Positions 28,123-36,587 are shown, counted from the first letter of the stretch. The stretch is DNA of 64,000 nucleotides from an uncultured bacterium (GCA_964652255.1 CAZZBM010000001.1:530985-594984), one strand, 5' to 3'. Notes: generated by a model from the letters alone, not told the origin. Program-made: numbers and translations.

Positions 28123-29777
28123 TCTACTGTAATAGATTTAGCTAAATTTCTTGGTCGATCAATAGGACGTTTTTTTAAAAGAGAAAATTCATAACTAAAA
28201 AGTTGGGTTAAAACATTAAGAAAGAGACTATCTAAATATTCATTTTCTTCATGAGCATGAAAAATTTCTACAAAAGAGTGACGACTAAGAATTTCTCTGG
28301 CTGCAATTTCATTTTTTTGAGTAAAATTTTTAGTGTTAAGAATGAAAGTTAAGGATCTTTCATCAATAAGAGCTAATGGACCATGTTTAAATTCTGAAGA
28401 GTAGTATCCTTCACAAGGATAGTAGGAAACTTCTTTAAGTTTCAAAGCTCCTTCTAGGGCTAGAGAATAAGAAAGGGAGCGCCCTAGAAAGAAAAATTTT
28501 TCTAGGTGAGAATATTTTTGAGCTAATTTTTTTATAGCGTGATGATGCATGAGTGCTTTTTGAATGGTCTTTGAGGCTTTTTTTTCTGGGTCTAAGTGAA
28601 GTCCAAAAATAAAACTATAAATCTGATGAGTGAAAACTTTTGTACTTGCCACAGCAACTTCTTCTCCAGCATGCAAAAGAAGAGACTTTGTATTAAGAGC
28701 TAGATAAGAGTGAGCTTGATTGACCAAAGAATAAATGGAATAAGTAGGAAATTCTTCTAAAATAGGTAAAAGATCTGCTGTTTCACCAGATTGAGAGATA
28801 ATAAGAAGAGGAGCTTTTTTTTTAACAAGATAAGGAGAAGATCTTAATTCTCCCCCTATAAAAACATCAACAGAAAATTTTTGTGTTTTGAGTAAAAGTT
28901 CTTTGATAAAAAGAGCAGCATGATAAGAACTTCCACAACCTGTTATATATAATTGCTTCTCTTGAATACATTCAGAAAGAAGTTCTTCAAATAAAATGTG
29001 ATTAAAATGTTCAGTGAAAGTATTCAAACTTTCTGCTTGATCATAAATTTCTTTGATCATAAAGTGATCAAAGATTCCTTTAGATATTTTTTTTTTCTTT
29101 TGAGGAAAAAAAGTTTTTGTTAATTGAAGGGGTATTAGATCTTTGTGAAAAAAATGAAATTCTTGATCAAGTGAAAAAATAATGTTTTCAGGTAGGAGGA
29201 ATATTTCATCATCTTTTAAACCCAAAGGATCGGAAGCAAGAGAAAGACTTTTAGCAGAGCAAACAAGAGAGAGTCCTTTTTTAAGTCCATAAAGAATTTT
29301 ACTTTCATGATGGATAAAAACAAAAACGTTTTTTCCTTTAATTTTTTCATAAAGTATTTTTAAGCAAGATAAAATATTAGAATTTTCTTTGTAAAGCTTT
29401 GTTAAAATATTTAAAAAAAGAAGAGTGTCTGTTGTTTCTGGAGAGAAAAAAATATTAAATTCTTCACATAGTTCTTGAACGTTTTCAATAATGCCATTAT
29501 GTACAACAGAAAAAAATTCATTTTGAAAAGGATGAGTGTTGTCTAAAGAAACCGGTCCATGGGTTGCCCATCTACTATGACCTAAAATGAAAGAAGATTC
29601 AATAAAAGGAATTTTTTTTGATTCAAAAGCTCCTAAATGTTTTTCAATTAAAAATTGTTGATTTTTTTCATAAACAAAACCAAAAGAATCATACCCTCTA
29701 TAAGAAAGGTAATTTAATCCTTCTTTTAAAGAAGTAAAAGCTTCAGTTTGGTTTTTAAAAGCTACAATTGCACACAT
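28119..29777 (-). CDS. glmS: Glutamine--fructose-6-phosphate aminotransferase
   Basis: The N-terminal MCAIVA supplies the nucleophile Cys. Two SIS domains (GCGSSYHA, SQSGETADL). The C-terminal KSITVE is the canonical GlmS end. Confidence 0.9.
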   Translation of the reverse strand: MCAIVAFKNQTEAFTSLKEGLNYLSYRGYDSFGFVYEKNQQFLIEKHLGAFESKKIPFIESSFILGHSRWATHGPVSLDNTHPFQNEFFSVVHNGIIENVQELCEEFNIFFSPETTDTLLFLNILTKLYKENSNILSCLKILYEKIKGKNVFVFIHHESKILYGLKKGLSLVCSAKSLSLASDPLGLKDDEIFLLPENIIFSLDQEFHFFHKDLIPLQLTKTFFPQKKKKISKGIFDHFMIKEIYDQAESLNTFTEHFNHILFEELLSECIQEKQLYITGCGSSYHAALFIKELLLKTQKFSVDVFIGGELRSSPYLVKKKAPLLIISQSGETADLLPILEEFPTYSIYSLVNQAHSYLALNTKSLLLHAGEEVAVASTKVFTHQIYSFIFGLHLDPEKKASKTIQKALMHHHAIKKLAQKYSHLEKFFFLGRSLSYSLALEGALKLKEVSYYPCEGYYSSEFKHGPLALIDERSLTFILNTKNFTQKNEIAAREILSRHSFVEIFHAHEENEYLDSLFLNVLTQLFSYEFSLLKKRPIDRPRNLAKSITVE

Positions 29778-29778
29778 T

Positions 29779-30771
29779 TTATAAAGGTTTATCTAACCTA
29801 GAAGCTCTTGTTAAAGCAAGAGTTTTCCTCTTAACTTTTTTGCTCACTGTTGTTCCAGCCCCTGTTTTACCATAATCTTCTATAACTATTGGAGCTATAA
29901 GATTAGTATTAGCTCCAATAAAGGTATGATTTTTGATAATAGTTTGATGTTTTTCAGTCCCGTCAAAATTGCAAGTAATAGTTCCTGCTCCTATATTGTT
30001 ATGAGACCCTAAAGAGCTATCCCCAAGATAAGTATGGTGTTTGATTTTGTTATGATTTTTTCCTTTACTTCTTTTGATCTCCACAAAGTTACCTAAAATA
30101 TTATCATGACCCAAATGACAATCTTGAGTATGACAAAAGGGGCCAAGGATAGATTTTTGTTTGAAAGAAGAATTTTTAAGATAACAAAAGCTTTTGATTA
30201 AAGAATCTTTACCTAGTTTAATAGAATTTAAAACATTAAAAGATTCAATAGTGCAGTTATGATCAAATATACTATTTATAATGGTCACATGAGGATGAAT
30301 ACAACAAGGTCCTTTAAAAATTGTATCATGATCAATGTAAGTAGAAGAAAAATCTAAAATATGAACACCTTTTTTTTTTAATTTTTTATAGAATTTAAAT
30401 TTTAATTTTTGTAAAATTTCTTGTTCATGTTCTTTAATGTTTAGAGTTTTTACATATTGAATTGATTGAAAATCTTTTTCCTGAAGATTTTTTAATTGTT
30501 CAAAAGAAATAGTAAAAGAAATACAGTTTTCTAAAGTTGTTTTTTTTTCTTGAACTAAAGTATTTTTTTTTGGTTTTAATTTTAACAAGGGATAATCGCC
30601 GTTAACATAAAAACAAAAATCTTTTCGGTCTGTTTTTTTTTTCACTAAAATTTCTTTATAAGAAGAAATAAAAATAGCTTTAGGATAGAGTTCTGAAAAA
30701 TATTGCGTTAATTTTTTGCCTAGAAAAGAAAAATCTTGAGAAATTTTTACAAAAGTATGAACTTTTTCCAT
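29779..30771 (-). CDS. glmU: GlmU-like protein: conserved left-handed beta-helix acetyltransferase domain, shortened and degenerate N-terminal domain
   Basis: The C-terminus HHTYLGDSSLGSHNNIGAGTITCNFDGTEKHQTIIKNHTFIGANTNLIAPI aligns by eye with E. coli GlmU residues ~360-430. The N-terminal ~135 aa lack the L-x2-G-x-G-T-R-M signature. Confidence 0.7.
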   Translation of the reverse strand: MEKVHTFVKISQDFSFLGKKLTQYFSELYPKAIFISSYKEILVKKKTDRKDFCFYVNGDYPLLKLKPKKNTLVQEKKTTLENCISFTISFEQLKNLQEKDFQSIQYVKTLNIKEHEQEILQKLKFKFYKKLKKKGVHILDFSSTYIDHDTIFKGPCCIHPHVTIINSIFDHNCTIESFNVLNSIKLGKDSLIKSFCYLKNSSFKQKSILGPFCHTQDCHLGHDNILGNFVEIKRSKGKNHNKIKHHTYLGDSSLGSHNNIGAGTITCNFDGTEKHQTIIKNHTFIGANTNLIAPIVIEDYGKTGAGTTVSKKVKRKTLALTRASRLDKPL

Positions 30772-30850
30772 AACAATTTTATAAATGGACTTTTTTATAG
30801 AGAAAAGCCCTTTTAGACTTTTTTCCTAAAAGTCGATAATTTTTTTATCT

Positions 30851-32965
30851 ATGTCAAAGAAATCTTATCCTTGTCTTGTTGTTACTGATAATTATCTTCT
30901 ACCGAAAATGAAAAAAGAATTTTCATTTAAGAAAAAAGAATCTTTGGAAATTTTAAAAAAAACTGAAAAACATCTTGTTCTTCTTTATCGTGATCAAATA
31001 AAATCTATTCTTTGTGAGATTGTAAGAAAAGAAACAGATAAAGTCGTTTTGAAAGGGATTTCTTTTGTAGAAGTCTTAGATAAGAATAAAAACTTAGTTC
31101 AAGTTGAAGAGATTAAAGAAGAATATGAGTTAGCTTTAGGAGAAAAACTTCAAGGAGATCTTTTAAAACAATCTATTGTGGATCTTCTTATTCATGAAAA
31201 AAGTGAAGAACTTAGTCCACAACAAATTTTAGATTTAAGATCTATTGATAGTTTGTTTGATTTTTTTAATGAAACAGTTTCAAAGTTAAATCTTTCACCG
31301 GAGTTGGAAAAAAAATTTTTTAATGAAAAAAATATTATTAAAAAACTAAAGACTCTTCAAGAAAGTCTAGAAAAGAAAAATGATTCTTTACCAAGACTTT
31401 TTGAGTTTCATCCTTTTTTTTCACCTAGAAATAATCCTTATGAAGAAAAATTAATGAATAAAAAATTTACTTCTGAAGTGAAAGAAGAACTTTTAAAAGA
31501 AGCTAAAAAATTAGATCGCTTGCCTCAAGAATCACAAGAATCTTTTGTGATTAAGCAATATTTAGACTTTGTTCTTTCTCTTCCTTGGGGAAATTTAAAA
31601 GAAGGGGCATTGGATTTAAAAGAAATAGAAAAAAAATTTCATTTGAGTCACTATGGTTTAGATGAAGTCAAAGAAAGAATTTTGGACTATCTTTTTAGTT
31701 ATTCTTTAAAATTACAAAGTCCTATTCTTTGTTTAGTTGGTCCCTACGGAGTAGGGAAAACAACTTTTGTTCAAAACCTAGCTGAAGCTATTGATCGTCC
31801 TTTTGAAAAGATTAGTTTGGCTGGTTTGAGTGATGAAGCTGAAATTAGAGGTCATAGAAAAACTTATGTAGGTTCAATGCCAGGAAGAATTTTATCTCTT
31901 TTAAAAAAAGTTCAAGTAGACAATCCTGTTATTCTTCTTGATGAGGTTGATAAGGTAGCTAAACAAACTCGTGGTGATGTCTATGGAGCACTGTTAGAAT
32001 TACTGGATCCAAGTCAGCAGAGTCAATTTAGAGATCATTTTCTTGGTTTAGATTATGATCTTTCAAAAGTTTTATTTGTTTGTACAGCTAATCATATTGA
32101 AGATATCCCTAGAGCTTTAAAAGATAGAATGGAATTTATTTATTTAGAGGGATTTTCTTTAGAAGAAAAAAAGATTATTGCTCAAAACTATTTATTACCT
32201 AAAATTAGAAAGGAATACAAATTAAAAGATTTTGAATTTAGTCCTAAATTAATAGAAAAGATTATATTAAATTTAGATCAAGAATCAGGGGTAAGACAAT
32301 TAGAAAAATTTTTAAGATCATTTACAGAAAGGCAAATAAGAAAAAATTTTTTAGGTCCTTTTGAGGAACAAGATTTATTACCTTTTTTAAAGAAAAAAGA
32401 TCTTCCTCTTTTAGATCGTTATCCTGGTAGCTTTGATCTTTTAGCTTATACGCCCTATGGTGGGGTTCTTATTCCTTTAGAAGTTCTTCTTATTGATGGA
32501 ATGAAAATGGAACTTACTGGTGAAATTGGAGAAACTTTTAAGGAATCTATTAAGGTAGCTTATTCTTTAGTAAAACGTTCTTTAAAATCTTTAGGTTTAG
32601 TTGAAAATTTTTTTGATCAAAAAAGTTTTCATATTCATGTTCCTCTTATTCTTGGAGAAAAACAAGGTCCTAGTGGTGGTCTTCCTCTGTATGTTGCTAT
32701 GATTTCAAGCTTGATGAATAAATCTTTACCACAAGATTTAGTTATGAGTGCAGAATTGAGTCTTCAGGGTCAAATACTTCCTGTTGGAGGAATTAAAGAA
32801 AAACTATTGGCTGCTCAAAGAGCTGGAAAAAAAAGAGTTTTTCTTTCTGTTCATAATCAAAAAGATATTCCTCTAAATCTTGATTTAGAGGTTTATTTTT
32901 TTCATTCTATTCAAGAAGTTCTTTCTTTGCTATTCTTTGAAGAAAGAGAATTACAAGTCATATGA
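30851..32965 (+). CDS. lon: ATP-dependent Lon protease
   Basis: Walker A GPYGVGKTT, Walker B LLDEVDK, catalytic Ser in QGPSGG, and Lys in GGIKEKLLAAQRAG. Confidence 0.9.
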   Translation: MSKKSYPCLVVTDNYLLPKMKKEFSFKKKESLEILKKTEKHLVLLYRDQIKSILCEIVRKETDKVVLKGISFVEVLDKNKNLVQVEEIKEEYELALGEKLQGDLLKQSIVDLLIHEKSEELSPQQILDLRSIDSLFDFFNETVSKLNLSPELEKKFFNEKNIIKKLKTLQESLEKKNDSLPRLFEFHPFFSPRNNPYEEKLMNKKFTSEVKEELLKEAKKLDRLPQESQESFVIKQYLDFVLSLPWGNLKEGALDLKEIEKKFHLSHYGLDEVKERILDYLFSYSLKLQSPILCLVGPYGVGKTTFVQNLAEAIDRPFEKISLAGLSDEAEIRGHRKTYVGSMPGRILSLLKKVQVDNPVILLDEVDKVAKQTRGDVYGALLELLDPSQQSQFRDHFLGLDYDLSKVLFVCTANHIEDIPRALKDRMEFIYLEGFSLEEKKIIAQNYLLPKIRKEYKLKDFEFSPKLIEKIILNLDQESGVRQLEKFLRSFTERQIRKNFLGPFEEQDLLPFLKKKDLPLLDRYPGSFDLLAYTPYGGVLIPLEVLLIDGMKMELTGEIGETFKESIKVAYSLVKRSLKSLGLVENFFDQKSFHIHVPLILGEKQGPSGGLPLYVAMISSLMNKSLPQDLVMSAELSLQGQILPVGGIKEKLLAAQRAGKKRVFLSVHNQKDIPLNLDLEVYFFHSIQEVLSLLFFEERELQVI

Positions 32966-33746
32966 AACTTTATCTTGTTGGTGGGTCTGTAAGAGATCTT
33001 CTACTAAAAAAAAAATTCTAGATTTTGATTATACAGTAGTGAATTCTTTTGAAGAAGAATTTTTTAAACATGGATATAAAAAAAAAAGTGATTATTATCC
33101 AGTTTATCTTCATCCTAAGTATCCTCAAGTGACTTTAGCTTTAGCAAGAAAAGAAAAGTTATTAGATTTTTCTAAAAGATTATTTTCCTTTCAAATAAAA
33201 GATGTTTCTTTAGAAGAAGATCTTTTTAGAAGAGATTTTACTGTTAATGCAATAGCTTTTGGAAAAAAAATTATTGATCCTTATGGAGGGCTTCAAGATT
33301 TAAAAAAAAAACTACTGAAACCTTTAGGGATTCACTTTAAAGAAGATCCTTTAAGGTTTTTCAGAGCAGCTCGTTTTGCTGCTCAGCTAGATTTTGAATT
33401 AGATTTAAAAGAGACTTATTTTGGAGAAGTGAGTCTAGGAAAGCAAGAGGAAGAATTAAGAAAAGTGTTAAGTTTAAAAAAACCTCAAAAATTTTTTATT
33501 TTATCTTCAGAGTTAAAGATACCTTTTTTACATGTAGTAGAAAAAAAATTTTTAACAGGCCTTGAACAATTCTTAGGTTTTAACCAAAGAGTTATTCTTT
33601 TTAATTTTTTTTATCCTAAAAGTCCTATTTTTAAAAATAAAAAACAAGACCATCTTTTAAAAAAAATTTTAAGTGAAAACTCTTTACATAGTTTTGTTGA
33701 TCGTGAAGAATGGTTAAGGTTAAGATCTTTTTTATGGGTAAATTAA
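32962..33746 (+). CDS. cca: CCA-adding tRNA nucleotidyltransferase (short, no HD domain), reading frame broken in an A10 tract
   Basis: The ATG at 32962 overlaps the lon stop (ATGA) and encodes MKLYLVGGSVRDLLLKKK, then hits TAG at 33019. The track ORF (32937-33746) carries the rest in another frame (ILDFDYTVV...RRDFTVNA...EDPLRFFRAARFAA). One extra A in 33006-33015 joins them. Confidence 0.8.
33006..33015 (+). repeat. A10 homopolymer at the cca frame break
   Basis: Ten consecutive A read directly. Confidence 0.95.
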
Positions 33747-33883
33747 TTTTTTATTTTTTCTTTTATTTTTTATTATTCTCTTTTCCAGTTAAGGGGAAAC
33801 CTCTTTTTAATGTTTTACAAGAACATAGTCACTTTTATGTAGATCGATTTTATGAAAAAATCTTATCAAAAATCAATAATTAA
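33734..33883 (+). CDS. Possible small secreted protein (49 aa), below the track cutoff
   Basis: ATG at 33734. Encodes MGKLIFYFFFYFLLFSFPVKGKPLFNVLQEHSHFYVDRFYEKILSKINN with a hydrophobic N-terminus. No Shine-Dalgarno. Could be chance in AT-rich DNA. Confidence 0.2.
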   Translation: MGKLIFYFFFYFLLFSFPVKGKPLFNVLQEHSHFYVDRFYEKILSKINN

Positions 33884-33918
33884 GCTTTAATTTTAATGAA
33901 TCGATAACTCTTTTATGA
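33881..33918 (+). repeat. 38-nt upstream/start module, copy 1 (taagCtttaattttaatgaatcgataactcttttatga)
   Basis: Identical to 34806-34843 except for one base. Confidence 0.9.
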
Positions 33919-34808
33919 AATTATTATTATTATTATTATTATTTACAGCTTGTTCATCAGGGTCAACTTCTAGTTCTGTTGTTAGTTCTAGTGAATCTTT
34001 TTATAGTTTTAAGTATTTTGAAAATGATGCTTTAATATCTTCTGGAGCTGAATCAATTTTAAGTTTAAGCCAAAAAACAAGTGTTGTTATTTCTTTTCAA
34101 GATTATGTTCATATTTATATTAAACTAGATTTGAACAACCTGAATAGCCCTACCAACACTGTGACAAGTCCTTATGTGGCTAATATTGCTTATGCAGATC
34201 CTTTAATATGTTTAGATGGCGAAGACGGTTATGATCCTATTTATTCTGGAGCACCATTTACTATTCCTGAGGGGCTTACTGAGGAAGATATTCAATCTGG
34301 ATTCGCTGCCCATATTTTATCTTGTAAAAATTTTTTATTAGGTTCTATTCTTCCACTCTCACCAAAAGATCCTAGTACTTATTTATTAAAACCTAATATG
34401 TCCATTTTTAAAATGGATGGAACATTTTTAGATATCTCTGTGACAGGAACAATAAATTGGAGTCCATTAAGTGGATATCTTCATATTGACCCTTATAATC
34501 CTCAAACAGCTCAAGAAGAAAATTTAGAACTATTTGTTTACCTTAATTCTGGAGCTATTTTATTTGATGAACAACTTATTACATGTGAAGGATGTGCTAT
34601 GAGTATAGCGTTAGAAAATTCTCCTAATTTTTCCTACAATGATGTTGTATATAAAATTACCATTAATAGAACTAATAACTCTGAAAAAGGTGTTCTTACT
34701 ATCCCAGAAGGTGTTTTTCAAGATTCAGAGGGAAATAATTACTTAGGGTTTTATCCTTTGCATTTACCTTGGGGAGAACCAATTGTTAAATTTGCCCCAG
34801 AAATTTAA
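33915..34808 (+). CDS. Surface lipoprotein, paralog 1 of a tandem pair (C...P-E-G-x-F family)
   Basis: MKLLLLLLLFTACSSGSTSSS carries a lipobox and a Ser tether. Shares blocks with the N-terminal ~290 aa of the next gene (TGTINW, LITCEGCAMSIA vs LITIGNSCNMSIS, TIPEGVFQDSEGN vs EFAEGAFVNSED). Confidence 0.6.
   Translation: MKLLLLLLLFTACSSGSTSSSVVSSSESFYSFKYFENDALISSGAESILSLSQKTSVVISFQDYVHIYIKLDLNNLNSPTNTVTSPYVANIAYADPLICLDGEDGYDPIYSGAPFTIPEGLTEEDIQSGFAAHILSCKNFLLGSILPLSPKDPSTYLLKPNMSIFKMDGTFLDISVTGTINWSPLSGYLHIDPYNPQTAQEENLELFVYLNSGAILFDEQLITCEGCAMSIALENSPNFSYNDVVYKITINRTNNSEKGVLTIPEGVFQDSEGNNYLGFYPLHLPWGEPIVKFAPEI
33921..33941 (+). repeat. (TTA)7 trinucleotide repeat encoding Leu7 of the signal peptide
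   Basis: Seven exact TTA units in frame. Confidence 0.95.
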
Positions 34809-34843
34809 GTTTTAATTTTAATGAATCGATAACTCTTTTATGA
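34806..34843 (+). repeat. 38-nt upstream/start module, copy 2
   Basis: See 33881-33918. Confidence 0.9.
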
Positions 34844-34857
34844 GATTTTTATTATTA

Positions 34858-34864
34858 TTTTTTT
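34858..34864 (+). repeat. T7 homopolymer inside a signal-peptide coding region, at a frame break
   Basis: Seven consecutive T. With T8, the ATG at 34840 reads MRFLLLFFLSLVSCS in frame with the long ORF. Confidence 0.95.
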
Positions 34865-34868
34865 ATCC

Positions 34869-36545
34869 TTGGTGAGTTGTTCTTTAAGTAGCAACAATCA
34901 ATCTTTAAGTTCATCAAATACTTCTGAGGAATTATACAAGTTTTTTTATTATACTCAAAGTGGGGATTATCTAGGATCAAGCTCTAATCTTAGTGATTCT
35001 TTAGAATTAAACTCTGGTGGTTCAGCTAATATTTTTGTAGTTTTATCTGATTATGCACACATGACTATTTATCCTCCTTATGTTGAATCAACAAATTTTC
35101 AAGCTAATGCCAAACTTCCACAGTGCATGGATGGAGTCGTTGATACTGATAACCTAGAGTTCATCCCTGAATTGATGGAATATTTAGGAGGAGTGATGCC
35201 TCCAGTGTATGAAGGAGATTTTTCTTTACCTGATGGATTTACTGATCCAACTCCAGAAGAAAGACAATTAAATTTTATTCCTTGTAAAGTTTGGCTTTTT
35301 AGAGATTTTAAACCTATTGATGCTAGTGAATCATCTACTTTTAGTATTAAAAATACAGGTGTCTTTTTTGCTGATGGATCCAGTCCATCAATAGATTTTA
35401 CAGGGACCATTAATTGGGATGTTCTTGGAGGATTAACTACTTTAGAGACTTATCCTCAATATACCCAAAAACATGATCCTAATGGGACAGAGATTACTTT
35501 AACTTTTCAGCAAGGATTTAGATTATATGATGAAGACTTAATTACGATAGGAAATAGTTGTAATATGAGTATTTCTCCTAATGATAATGATTTTCATACA
35601 GAGTTTACTATTACAATTACTCCAAAGATTCCAACTGCATTATCTTCTTGTACTTTAGAGTTTGCCGAGGGAGCTTTTGTTAATAGTGAAGATGTTTCTT
35701 CTTTGCCTATTTCACCTATTGAAATTGATTGGGCTGATAGAATGTTTTTTACAGTGGAATTTCCTGAAGATCCAGTAAATAAGAATCCTCCTGTGGATCC
35801 AGTAAGTGTGATTAAAAAAATTCCTTATGGTGATTTAACTTGGAATGGAACAAATGTGATGTATGAAGGAGTACCTTATACTCCTACGACAACAAAAATA
35901 GAAGTAAATTTAATTCCAACTTATAGATCTATTGAAGAAGATAAGTTTGAACTGGCTACAGGTTTAATTGAATTTTTAGATGAGTCTAATTCAACAAATG
36001 TTATTGTCCCTGATGAAGAAGATTTTATTAATATTTTTGATGAAGATGGAGAATCAAATAAGATGACGTACTATTTAAATCCTATAGCATCTTTTCAGCA
36101 TATTATAGGTGATACTGCTCCTATCGATTTAACTTTTAAATTAGATTTTTTCACTGAAACTTTATCTTATGCTGGAGCTGAGATTGAAGTTGGTTCTCAA
36201 CCAACAGATCAAAAAAGTTTTTCTTGGAGTACACTGTTTGATATTAATAATGTTTTAAAAGGAGTTGATACAGGGTACACTTCAGGAACTACTCAAATAG
36301 TTAGGGTGATCTTACCTTTAGGTTCAAGTGTGGATACTGATTTAATAAGTACAACCTGTAATAGTATTCAATCTGCAACTAGTGTGGTTGGTAGTAACAA
36401 TATGGTTTTTGATATCATTGTTGAAAATCTAGTCGATGAAAACTGCACAGTTACCTTTGATAAAGGAGCCTTCATTGGCATAAACTATGATATTAAGTCT
36501 CAGGCTATTGCTCCTGTTGAAATTACTTTTACTGGAACTACCTAA
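34869..36545 (+). CDS. Large surface lipoprotein, paralog 2 (three C...G-A-F type modules). The canonical ATG at 34840 is out of frame by one base.
   Basis: The track ORF starts at TTG and reads MVSCSLSS, so only the lipobox Cys remains of a signal peptide. The homologous ATG with its upstream module lies at 34840. Confidence 0.6.
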   Translation: MVSCSLSSNNQSLSSSNTSEELYKFFYYTQSGDYLGSSSNLSDSLELNSGGSANIFVVLSDYAHMTIYPPYVESTNFQANAKLPQCMDGVVDTDNLEFIPELMEYLGGVMPPVYEGDFSLPDGFTDPTPEERQLNFIPCKVWLFRDFKPIDASESSTFSIKNTGVFFADGSSPSIDFTGTINWDVLGGLTTLETYPQYTQKHDPNGTEITLTFQQGFRLYDEDLITIGNSCNMSISPNDNDFHTEFTITITPKIPTALSSCTLEFAEGAFVNSEDVSSLPISPIEIDWADRMFFTVEFPEDPVNKNPPVDPVSVIKKIPYGDLTWNGTNVMYEGVPYTPTTTKIEVNLIPTYRSIEEDKFELATGLIEFLDESNSTNVIVPDEEDFINIFDEDGESNKMTYYLNPIASFQHIIGDTAPIDLTFKLDFFTETLSYAGAEIEVGSQPTDQKSFSWSTLFDINNVLKGVDTGYTSGTTQIVRVILPLGSSVDTDLISTTCNSIQSATSVVGSNNMVFDIIVENLVDENCTVTFDKGAFIGINYDIKSQAIAPVEITFTGTT

Positions 36546-36553
36546 GCTACTAA

Positions 36554-36587
36554 TAATTAAGACTGAAGAATTCTTCAGTCTTAATTA
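36554..36587. terminator. 34-nt perfect palindrome (17-bp stem, EcoRI-centred) between convergent genes
   Basis: taattaagactgaagaa / ttcttcagtcttaatta are exact reverse complements. Located at the convergent 3' ends: about 9 nt past the stop of the plus-strand lipoprotein gene, while its right arm overlaps the stop and last codons of the minus-strand ORF (36581-36961). No long U tract. Confidence 0.5.

Noticed and set aside
35099-35410. 103-aa ORF antisense to the large lipoprotein gene
   Set aside because: The plus-strand frame is paralogous to the neighbouring gene over this region. The antisense ORF has no start context.
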